Shown here piece after piece: positions 56,281 through 64,000 of a DNA stretch of 64,000 nucleotides. Origin of the DNA: Bacteroidia bacterium (lineage in GTDB: Bacteria > Bacteroidota > Bacteroidia > NS11-12g > UBA9320); contig CBFHGJ010000001.1 of assembly GCA_965655315.1 (NCBI GenBank), positions 207,907 to 271,906 on the forward strand, in the 5' to 3' direction. The position numbers were made by a program, and so were the translations under genes. Positions within the stretch are counted from its first letter, which is position 1. Each line of letters starts with the position of its first letter. Under the pieces are notes generated by a model. That model was not told the DNA's origin. It saw only the letters and a list, made by a program, of their open reading frames with translations, and made no database searches.

Positions 56281-57995
56281 AAAATAAAATCTGGAAAGAA
56301 AAACCAGCTCCTGACCAGAACTTAGTAGATATACTCACATCTGAGCTGAATGCACCTAGTGTTATAGCGAAAATGCTTGTACAGCGAGGTGTGGATTCTC
56401 CAGAGAAGGTGAAAACCTTTTTCAATCCTAGAATTGAAGACCTGCACGATCCTTTTCTGATGAAGGATATGGATAAAGCTATAGAACGTCTCCAGCAAGC
56501 TGCAGACCAAAAAGAGGGGGTGCTCATTTTTGGGGACTATGATGTAGATGGAACTACATCTGTAGCATTAGCATATTCCTTTTTCAAGGATAAATTTGAA
56601 AAAATAGACTTCTATATTCCGGATAGGTATAAGGAAGGATATGGAATTAGTACTGACGGGATAGATTATGCGAAGCAGAATGGACTTAGTCTGATTATAG
56701 CTTTAGACTGTGGAATACGAAGTATTGACAAAGTAGAGTATGCATCTTATCTTGGAGTAGATTTTATTATTTGTGATCATCACTTACCTGGTAAAAACAT
56801 TCCTAATGCAATAGCAGTACTTGATCCCAAAAGAAATGATTGTGAATATCCCTTTAAAGAACTAGCTGGATGTGGAATTGGGCTCAAACTAGCTCAGGCT
56901 TACTGTCAGGTAAATGATATTGATCAACGTGAATATCTGCAATATCTTGATTTTGCAACACTGAGTATAGCGAGTGATATTGTGCCAATCGTAGATGAAA
57001 ACAGAGTTATTGCACATCATGGACTAAAAATTATCAATGAGCAACCTCGCCTAGGTATAAAAAAACTAATTGAAGCTTCAATAAATAAAGATGAGCTGAG
57101 TATTGGGGATTTAGTATACTATCTTGGGCCCAGAATAAATGCTGCTGGAAGAATGGATGATGCTAAGAATGCAGTTCGACTACTGATTGCGGAATCTGAA
57201 CAAACTGCTTCAGAATTTGCAGATGAACTACAGAAGCATAATTCAGAACGTAAGCTTGTTGATCAGAAAATTACTGCAGATTTTCAAGAGATTGTAGCAA
57301 AGCATCCGCAGCTACTTGAGAGAAAAACACATGTTTTTTTTAAAGAAGACTGGCATAAAGGAGTTGTTGGTATAGCTGCAAGTAGAGCTATAGAACTTTA
57401 TCATCGCCCTACAATTATTCTTACGAAAAGCGGGGAGGGAATGTTAGCAGGGAGTGCCAGAAGTGTAAAGGGTTTTGATGTGCATGCTGCATTAGAAAAG
57501 TGTAGTGAATTTTTAGAGCAATTTGGTGGTCACATGTATGCCGCCGGTATGCTTCTCAAAGAGGAGTATTTAGATGACTTCAGACAAGCATTCGAAGAAG
57601 TAGGAGAGGGAATGCTCACTGAAGAAATGCTTACACCAAAAGTATTTTATGACGAAGAGATAGATGTGAATGCAGTGGATTATAAGTTGCTTGGTATCCT
57701 GCAGCGTATGAAACCTTTCGGGCCATCTAATATGACTCCAGTATTTTATGCAAAAGGATTAAAGGATAATGGTACCGGAAAAATTATCGGTAAAACGGAG
57801 GAGCATATACGCTTGAATCTAAAACGAGAAACTGATGATTTACCAGCTGTAGGTTTTGGTTTAGCCTCTAAACTGGACGACATAAAAAAAGCAGACTCTT
57901 TTGAAGCCTGCTTTCAAGTCAATGAAAATTTTTTCAGAGGTAATCGAAATATTCAGCTTATGCTGAAAGATGTTCGAACTACCAACGGTGTTTGA
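56277..57995 (+). CDS. recJ: single-stranded-DNA-specific exonuclease RecJ
   Basis: DHH motifs: FGDYDVDGTTS, LDCGI, ICDHH; DHHA1 region GGHxxAAG. Confidence 0.9.
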   Translation: MKNKIWKEKPAPDQNLVDILTSELNAPSVIAKMLVQRGVDSPEKVKTFFNPRIEDLHDPFLMKDMDKAIERLQQAADQKEGVLIFGDYDVDGTTSVALAYSFFKDKFEKIDFYIPDRYKEGYGISTDGIDYAKQNGLSLIIALDCGIRSIDKVEYASYLGVDFIICDHHLPGKNIPNAIAVLDPKRNDCEYPFKELAGCGIGLKLAQAYCQVNDIDQREYLQYLDFATLSIASDIVPIVDENRVIAHHGLKIINEQPRLGIKKLIEASINKDELSIGDLVYYLGPRINAAGRMDDAKNAVRLLIAESEQTASEFADELQKHNSERKLVDQKITADFQEIVAKHPQLLERKTHVFFKEDWHKGVVGIAASRAIELYHRPTIILTKSGEGMLAGSARSVKGFDVHAALEKCSEFLEQFGGHMYAAGMLLKEEYLDDFRQAFEEVGEGMLTEEMLTPKVFYDEEIDVNAVDYKLLGILQRMKPFGPSNMTPVFYAKGLKDNGTGKIIGKTEEHIRLNLKRETDDLPAVGFGLASKLDDIKKADSFEACFQVNENFFRGNRNIQLMLKDVRTTNGV

Positions 57996-58692
57996 TATGA
58001 CGTCTCTTTGTCAAAGCAAAATCAAAAGAGATATGCCCTACAGCTGCAAGATTATTAGCGGACCCTAGCTTTTCGTCTTTATAAATATCGTTTAAACCAT
58101 AGTTTAGTCTACCACCGATATTCATTTTATTCATATTCTCAAATTCGTAGCTTAAACCAAGACCTACCGTAACTCCATAATCAATGTCTTTTGTAGATTG
58201 ATTAGCTTCAGCTACTGGTTCTTCAGTGCCTTCCCATACTGCCACTATCGAAGGGTTGATCCAAGGAGTTTGACTTAAAGCATAGGCGAAATATGGTCCA
58301 CCTTCTACATAGAAGCTGGTTTTAGAATCATACATTCTGTAAGGTACTAACTCCTCTCTTTCTAGTAGCCAATTGAAATGAGCAGTAATAGGTATTTGAA
58401 TATAAGTTGCTGAACTTGCGAAGTATATTGTATTTCCAGCAGCATCTAAATTTCCAGTAGAGAATTCATTGCTTCTTGTGTCTAGAAGAATATCTCCTTC
58501 CAAAATCATAAAGTTAGTCATTTGATGCTTGTACCCGATACCACTATTTATAGCTAGTCCAGAATTTATATCCATATCACTACTGTACGTTGCGAGTCCA
58601 CCACCACCTTTTACTGTAAGCCAGTATTGTGCATTTGCAAAAAAGGGTAAACACAAGGCTACCATTACCACAAAAAGTCCTTTCTTCATCAT
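57979..58692 (-). CDS. outer membrane beta-barrel protein
   Basis: Signal peptide ending ANAQ; alternating aromatic pattern; C-terminal aromatic residue. Confidence 0.55.
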   Translation of the reverse strand: MMKKGLFVVMVALCLPFFANAQYWLTVKGGGGLATYSSDMDINSGLAINSGIGYKHQMTNFMILEGDILLDTRSNEFSTGNLDAAGNTIYFASSATYIQIPITAHFNWLLEREELVPYRMYDSKTSFYVEGGPYFAYALSQTPWINPSIVAVWEGTEEPVAEANQSTKDIDYGVTVGLGLSYEFENMNKMNIGGRLNYGLNDIYKDEKLGSANNLAAVGHISFDFALTKRRHIKHRW

Positions 58693-58768
58693 AGATTATT
58701 TATAATTCGACAAATATAGAGGAAAACGAATATTAGTTAATCAATAGTATAGTACTTTTGAGCAGACG

Positions 58769-59512
58769 ATGCGACTAAGGGCAGAAAATCTCGTAAAACA
58801 GTACAAAAAACGGAAGGTGGTAAACGATATGTCACTGGAAGTAGAGCAAGGAGAAATTGTTGGATTATTAGGCCCGAACGGAGCTGGAAAGACAACAACA
58901 TTCTATATGGTTGTTGGTTTGGTACAACCCAATCAAGGCAGAGTGTTTTTAGATGATGAAGATATTACTGGTAAAGCTATGTACCAACGAGCAAAAAAAG
59001 GTGTTGGTTATCTACCACAGGAAGCGTCAGTTTTCAGAGATTTAACTGTTGAAGATAATATCAAAGCTGTACTGGAAATGACGAATAAGTCAAAAGATGA
59101 GCAGCAAGCAAAAACTGAATCCCTAATTGCTGAATTTGGCCTCGAAAAGGTTAGAAATAATCTGGGTAAGGTGCTTAGTGGTGGTGAGCGAAGACGTACA
59201 GAGATAGCTAGGGCACTGGCTGTAGATCCTAAATTTATTTTGCTTGATGAACCTTTTGCAGGAGTAGATCCTATTGCTGTGGAAGACATACAGTTCATAG
59301 TTAAAAAGCTAGTAGAGAAAAATATCGGAGTACTTATTACCGACCACGATGTCAATGCTACGCTCAATCTGGTAGACAGAGCATACCTGCTCTTTGAGGG
59401 ACGATTACTTAAAAAAGGTACTGCTCAAGAACTCGCCGATGATGAAATGGTGCGAAATGTTTACCTAGGTAAAAACTTTGAGTTAAGAACACAGGATTTT
59501 AACGGGAAGTAA
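58769..59512 (+). CDS. lptB: LPS export ABC transporter ATP-binding protein
   Basis: Walker [10 protein letters not shown], signature LSGGERRR, Walker B ILLDEP; ~247 aa. Confidence 0.85.
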   Translation: MRLRAENLVKQYKKRKVVNDMSLEVEQGEIVGLLGPNGAGKTTTFYMVVGLVQPNQGRVFLDDEDITGKAMYQRAKKGVGYLPQEASVFRDLTVEDNIKAVLEMTNKSKDEQQAKTESLIAEFGLEKVRNNLGKVLSGGERRRTEIARALAVDPKFILLDEPFAGVDPIAVEDIQFIVKKLVEKNIGVLITDHDVNATLNLVDRAYLLFEGRLLKKGTAQELADDEMVRNVYLGKNFELRTQDFNGK

Positions 59513-59528
59513 ATTGTAACTAAGTTAT

Positions 59529-62500
59529 TCACCTCCCAAAGTACTCCTTCACCTTTTGTTGGTAGTAAGGCTGCAGATCAGGGGTTACCGTACGAAGTAA
59601 TTCTGTTTCTTTTCGTTTTTCTTCCAGATACTTTTGAATACTAGGTGGTATGGGTCGGTCAATCTCTTTGCCTTCATTGCTTGAGCGTTTATTGTCTTGC
59701 TCCTGCTCTTTTTGAGCACGTTCGTGTTCCGATAGTTTGATTTCTATCTGGTTCAGTTTTTTGAAGGTTTGATTATTGAGTCTCTTGTTGTATAGATCTT
59801 CCTCTAGGTCATCCATCATGTCTTGAGTCTTCTTCAAATCACCAAGAGTTCCGCCTTTTCCTTCTTTGCGTAGAGCATTGTCTAGCTCTTGCATCTTTTT
59901 TCGAATAGCGGCTTGTTTTGCAGCCATCTCAGCGAAGTCTTTACTGCTTGGTTTACCATCTCCTTTTTTCTGACCATCTTGAAGTTGTTTCATCTGGTCG
60001 GCAAGCTCTTTCTGCATTTTTTTAATAGCAGCAGGATTTGGTTTGCCGTTCTGTGGCTTTCCTTGGCCTTGTCCACCAGGGTTTTTACAGCTTCCTTTAC
60101 TAGGCTTGTTTTGCTTCATTTGCTCCTGCATTTTCTTCAGAGATTCAGCCAACATCAGAGCTAGGTTGTTATATCCCGTCATAGCGTACTGCTGATAAAC
60201 CACCGCATTGTTAGTACGGCGTTCGCCTAGTTGAACAAGTGACTTATCTAGGTTGTCATTTACACGAGCAACTTCATCATTTACAAATGACTTTATTTCT
60301 AAGTTTCGCTTACTTAGAGCAAGTAGTGAATCCTCTACCATTTTAGTCTCGTCCTTGATCTTACGTTGACGTTGGCGAAGTTCTACATACTTTGGGCTGT
60401 ATTTTCTATTTTGTTTGAATCCGTTTAACACGTTTTCTTGATCGAACGAAAGCTGAACTAGATTCTCTAATATTTGTCGAAGATTGTTGTAGTCTTCTTC
60501 TTGCTGCTCTTCCTGAGAATCTTGTATCTCTTGCTGCAACTGGTCAGCCATATCTTGCATTTCTTCTGCAGCATCTTCCATTTGTTCTCCAGCATCTTGA
60601 TTTTTGCCTTTTTGCTGCTTCTGGCTTGCGTTGTCCATTTTTTGGTCTACGCTTTCTTGTTTCTCTTTTTGCTCGCTTAGTTTCATTGGAGACTCCAGGG
60701 CTTTATTCTTTTTCTGAATGTCTTCCATATTTTTCTTAGCCTTATTAAACTCGTCTTTTAGCTTCTCTTGTTGCTTTTCGAGTTGCTCATTTTTGCCTTT
60801 TTCCTTTTTTGTTTTCTCCGCGAGTTCTTGTTGCTTTTTGGCTAGTTCGTTTAGCTTATTGATGGTCTCGTTGAGTTTTTTCTCCAGTTCTAGTTCCTTA
60901 AATAATTCGAGCATACGATCCATCTCTTTGCTCATTTCTTTCTCACTAAACTTAAACTCGTCTAAAGCTTTTTGTAGTTCATTCTTTTTGTTCTCTTCTA
61001 AAAGTTGTTCTATTTTTTCCATCAACTTTCGAGTTTCATCATCTAGGACTTCGTCCATTAGCTCTTCCAGCTGCTTCTGTTTTTCTAGCATCTGTTCTTC
61101 TGCAGGATTAAACTCATTCTCCTTTTGATTTTTTTCCAGATTCTTATTAATAGAATTACGGATTTTTTCTTCTAGTTCTTTTTGTTTGTTGAGTAGTTCC
61201 TGAATTTTTTTCTTGTCGTTCCAGTCTAAGTTCTTCTTCTCAGTAAGCATCTGTTCTACGCTCTTGATTTCTTTCTCTAAATCTGCAGCATCAGATTGAG
61301 CACCAGCTAGACTGTTTTTTATTTCCTTATTTGCTTCTTCTGTTTGTTCTTCTATTTCTTCAAGTGAAGGAGCTCTGTAAGTAATTACATCGGTTTTATT
61401 GGGCTTGGCTCCATTTACCCCGTCATTGTCCCACACAGTGAAAAAATACTCCAACTCATCTTCAGGTTGTACGTTAAGTGATTCTAGACTCCAATAGTGG
61501 TAGAAACTTTGAGAAGTTACGGATGGATCTATGGTAACAGGTAGTTTACCAGACTTTTCTTGATTTTCTGTAACCGAAGACTTTTTGAATCTGTAGTTGA
61601 ACTGCAATTTAGAAAAACCGTGATCGTCACTTATGTCGCCAAGGAAGTAGAAAACTTTGTTACTTAGACTATCCTTTTTTTGTTCTATTGCTATCTGCGG
61701 AAATTCATCTTTCACTACATTGATTTGATAAAACACAGAATCTCCCTCATTCACTTGACTATTCTTAGTGTTTACGTTTACTAATGTAGAAGTCCTGAAC
61801 CGCTTAGAAAATGAAATGTTACCATTTTTAGGTTTGAGTATTTTTTTATCTGGATTGATTACCAACTCACTTACATTTTTTGTGTTAAACTTCCATTCTA
61901 TTGTGGTTCCTTCGGGTACGCTTAACTCGCCTATATTCCGGATTACTTTATTTGAGATGTTCAGATAGCTTGGGTAAGAAACTTTTGCACTGTAACCAAT
62001 AAGACTAGGCTTCAAAGCAATGTCGAGCTCATATTGTTTACTAGTAAACCCACCGGATTCAAAATAAATCTGCTCTGTTTTTTGGATATTAGTCAATGTA
62101 TAATTAAACACACCTATACCCTTGGTCTTCATTTTATATCGACGAGAGCCAATGTGTATGTAAGCATCTCTTGGAATCTTATTTCCTTCTAAATTTAATG
62201 GGATTTCTATATTTTGATTTTGAATAGCTTTTTTGTTATTCAAATCTGTAATGAAGTTAAATGGAGCTTCAATTTCAAAGTGCTGATTGAAATTAACAAC
62301 TCTCTCGCTGCTTTTTTTAAACCCTGGACTAACTACAAGGATAAATAACAATGCTAAAGCTGGGAGCAAAGCATACTTTACGTATTTCAAATTTCCTTGA
62401 AAGGGAATTGCCTTAGAAAATGGAATTGGACTAAGCTCGGCTGTGCGTTGATCAATACTGGCAGATAACAAAGAATTTCTCTGTTGACTTGCTTCTTCCT

Positions 62501-62840
62501 TTAGTTGTAATGTGTTAATTAATTTGTCTTTAACTTCTGGAAAGTGATTACCTATGAGTCTTGATGCTTCCTTGATACCGAAATTTCTATTGATATTTAT
62601 CAGGCCCAAGATTGGACGGATGATATACCAGATTAAGGTAAAGAGAGCAATTCCAATAAATAGGTAGAATAGTGTGGTTCGAGTTTGGATTCCAAACCTT
62701 CCTAAATATTCGAAAAATGTCAAGGTGAAAAATACAACTCCAACCAACGAAAAGGATAGGATTAACCCTTTGAGCAATTGGTTCTGATAGTACTTCTTTA
62801 TGAAATTCTCTAACTTTTGTATGAGTGTATCTGTCTGCAA
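59529..62840 (-). CDS. large membrane-anchored protein with ~500-aa K/E/Q-rich coiled-coil region
   Basis: Two N-terminal TM helices; extreme EK-rich low-complexity run aa ~500-1000. Confidence 0.6.
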   Translation of the reverse strand: MQTDTLIQKLENFIKKYYQNQLLKGLILSFSLVGVVFFTLTFFEYLGRFGIQTRTTLFYLFIGIALFTLIWYIIRPILGLININRNFGIKEASRLIGNHFPEVKDKLINTLQLKEEASQQRNSLLSASIDQRTAELSPIPFSKAIPFQGNLKYVKYALLPALALLFILVVSPGFKKSSERVVNFNQHFEIEAPFNFITDLNNKKAIQNQNIEIPLNLEGNKIPRDAYIHIGSRRYKMKTKGIGVFNYTLTNIQKTEQIYFESGGFTSKQYELDIALKPSLIGYSAKVSYPSYLNISNKVIRNIGELSVPEGTTIEWKFNTKNVSELVINPDKKILKPKNGNISFSKRFRTSTLVNVNTKNSQVNEGDSVFYQINVVKDEFPQIAIEQKKDSLSNKVFYFLGDISDDHGFSKLQFNYRFKKSSVTENQEKSGKLPVTIDPSVTSQSFYHYWSLESLNVQPEDELEYFFTVWDNDGVNGAKPNKTDVITYRAPSLEEIEEQTEEANKEIKNSLAGAQSDAADLEKEIKSVEQMLTEKKNLDWNDKKKIQELLNKQKELEEKIRNSINKNLEKNQKENEFNPAEEQMLEKQKQLEELMDEVLDDETRKLMEKIEQLLEENKKNELQKALDEFKFSEKEMSKEMDRMLELFKELELEKKLNETINKLNELAKKQQELAEKTKKEKGKNEQLEKQQEKLKDEFNKAKKNMEDIQKKNKALESPMKLSEQKEKQESVDQKMDNASQKQQKGKNQDAGEQMEDAAEEMQDMADQLQQEIQDSQEEQQEEDYNNLRQILENLVQLSFDQENVLNGFKQNRKYSPKYVELRQRQRKIKDETKMVEDSLLALSKRNLEIKSFVNDEVARVNDNLDKSLVQLGERRTNNAVVYQQYAMTGYNNLALMLAESLKKMQEQMKQNKPSKGSCKNPGGQGQGKPQNGKPNPAAIKKMQKELADQMKQLQDGQKKGDGKPSSKDFAEMAAKQAAIRKKMQELDNALRKEGKGGTLGDLKKTQDMMDDLEEDLYNKRLNNQTFKKLNQIEIKLSEHERAQKEQEQDNKRSSNEGKEIDRPIPPSIQKYLEEKRKETELLRTVTPDLQPYYQQKVKEYFGR

Positions 62841-62874
62841 AATTTATATCGTGCTGTTATAACGTAAATGTAGC

Positions 62875-63498
62875 CTATTTGTTGTGTTCAGATGCAGCGT
62901 TTAAGGCCTCTTTTAAGGTAACTATTTCTTCATCTATTCTACCCACGATAATACTCTTTTTAATTCCTATTCTCCTTAGGTCTCGTTCAAAAGCTACTGC
63001 TTTTTGATAAGAACGAAAACGACCCAATAATAGCTCCGTTTCTTCTTCGTATTTCTCCTGTCGCAGATAAGCTAGGTTTTCATTATAATCATCAAGATTG
63101 AATTGTTTGAATTTGCCTAATTGTATTTCAAAAAAAACACCTTTTGGAGTTTCGTAATTCTCTAATAAGATTTCATTAGCTGCTACGAGTTTCAGTATTT
63201 CCACCTCCAAAGAATCTATAGTTTGATTTTGGATTTCGATTTTGTCTCTAGTCTTAATCAACTGTATCTGATTGGATTGAGCTTGTTTAAGCTCCTGTTG
63301 TTGTTTTCTCCGATCAAGATAAAGAAAAGTCAATGCTAAAGTAGCTGCTATGAAAAGTATTCCGAAAAGAATGGCTAATGAGAGCCGGGTTCTACTTTTT
63401 TTTTCAAGTTCGAGGCTTTTTGATTCTGAACTTTTTTTGTTCTTCACCTCTCCAGCTAGTTTAAATTTTCCTTCAACGTTGGTTTTATCGGAATTCAC
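62875..63498 (-). CDS. SPOR domain-containing protein
   Basis: TM anchor; C-terminal VFFEIQLGKFKQ...AVAFERDLRRIGIK resembles a SPOR repeat. Confidence 0.45.
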   Translation of the reverse strand: MNSDKTNVEGKFKLAGEVKNKKSSESKSLELEKKSRTRLSLAILFGILFIAATLALTFLYLDRRKQQQELKQAQSNQIQLIKTRDKIEIQNQTIDSLEVEILKLVAANEILLENYETPKGVFFEIQLGKFKQFNLDDYNENLAYLRQEKYEEETELLLGRFRSYQKAVAFERDLRRIGIKKSIIVGRIDEEIVTLKEALNAASEHNK

Positions 63499-63572
63499 TT
63501 TACTTACATCAATAGTGTGTAAAAATAAGGCCTTGCGTATAATTATAACGTGTTGATTAAGTTATTTTCGTG

Positions 63573-64000
63573 ATGAAAGTCATGAGAATTTTTAAATTAT
63601 TGATAGTTTTAGCCTTATTCGTGTCAGCATCTGCCCCTGAAGGCGAGGGCCCATCAAAAATCAAGTGGGTTGATTTTAACACAGGTTTTATGCAGGCTCA
63701 AGAAGAAGGTAAAATTGCTATAATAGACTGCTATACAGACTGGTGTGGATGGTGTAAGGTGATGGATAAAAAAACATTTACTAACGATACAATCATAAAT
63801 CGTATCAATGACAACTACATCGCTATCAAGTTTAATCCAGAGAAGCCAGGTAAATATTTAGCAGGTACCGGTGATTCCTTGACGGGAAGACAGCTTCTTT
63901 TGGCCCTTTCTAATAACAAACCAAGCGGTTACCCTACCTTCTTTTATTTTGTACCTCAATCAAAAAAAATGTTTCAGGTGCCAGGCTATAAAGATGTAAA
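63573..64000 (+). CDS. thioredoxin-fold protein with CxxC (partial, runs off the window)
   Basis: Signal peptide; IDCYTDWCGWCK motif; no stop before the window end. Confidence 0.5.
   Translation, partial: MKVMRIFKLLIVLALFVSASAPEGEGPSKIKWVDFNTGFMQAQEEGKIAIIDCYTDWCGWCKVMDKKTFTNDTIINRINDNYIAIKFNPEKPGKYLAGTGDSLTGRQLLLALSNNKPSGYPTFFYFVPQSKKMFQVPGYKDV

Noticed and set aside
60474-61128. ORFs on the + strand (60474..60680 and 60718..61128, Leu/Phe/Ser-rich) inside the K/E-rich gene
   Set aside because: They are antisense artefacts of the low-complexity GAA/AAG-rich coding region on the - strand. Their composition (poly-L/F/S) mirrors poly-E/K.
59900-61400. Repetitive-looking DNA that could be mistaken for a CRISPR array or tandem repeat
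   Set aside because: There are no regularly spaced identical repeats with unique spacers. The periodicity comes from codon-level low complexity within one long ORF.

Overview
This is an AT-rich window from a Bacteroidota-type chromosome. The phylum call rests on T9SS C-terminal sorting domains, a DUF4199 protein, a BatA-N-domain protein and Bacteroidetes-style lipoproteins. It splits into three parts.

(1) 1-16.2 kb is housekeeping and envelope genes: menD, gcvT, a GatB/YqeY protein, glycosyltransferases, a dihydroorotase-like protein whose metal-ligand motifs look degenerate, and a beta-helix lipoprotein.

(2) About 16.5-45.1 kb is a roughly 28-kb heavy-metal resistance island, entirely on the + strand. 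It starts with arsR, a MerT-HMA fusion and a Cys-rich protein, bracketed by two ~50-bp direct repeats. A copper module follows: an HMBD lipoprotein, a T9SS-sorted protein, two tandem di-heme cytochrome c peroxidases, and a multicopper oxidase with a T9SS C-terminal domain. Then come two HME-RND systems. The first CzcA carries an extra membrane insertion and has a separate outer-membrane factor gene. In the second, CzcA is fused in frame to a TolC-like outer-membrane factor. There are two P1B-type ATPases, a Fur-family regulator, and small HYC/CC/PP-motif proteins. The island ends in a decayed duplicate of the adaptor gene 3' end and an IS6-family transposase remnant.

(3) 45.5-53.25 kb looks like an integrative element inserted at a tRNA-Asn gene. 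A small serine recombinase is flanked by repeated ATTGATTGGC sites, one of them inverted. A three-gene cargo follows: a protein with a possible TIR-like N-terminus and Cys clusters, a ParB-nuclease-domain/DNA-methyltransferase fusion with an unusual SIPY motif IV, and a 528-aa protein with polymerase-like motifs A, B and C (Pol I / T7-RNAP type). Then a 45-aa ORF and a large serine recombinase whose reading frame runs into the tRNA. This cargo is the best candidate for an undescribed system. Every domain call on it is from motifs read by eye and needs profile searches.

The remainder (53.3-64 kb) is housekeeping: an OMP, a hydratase, a PfkB kinase, recJ, lptB, a giant K/E-rich membrane protein, a SPOR protein and a partial thioredoxin-like gene.
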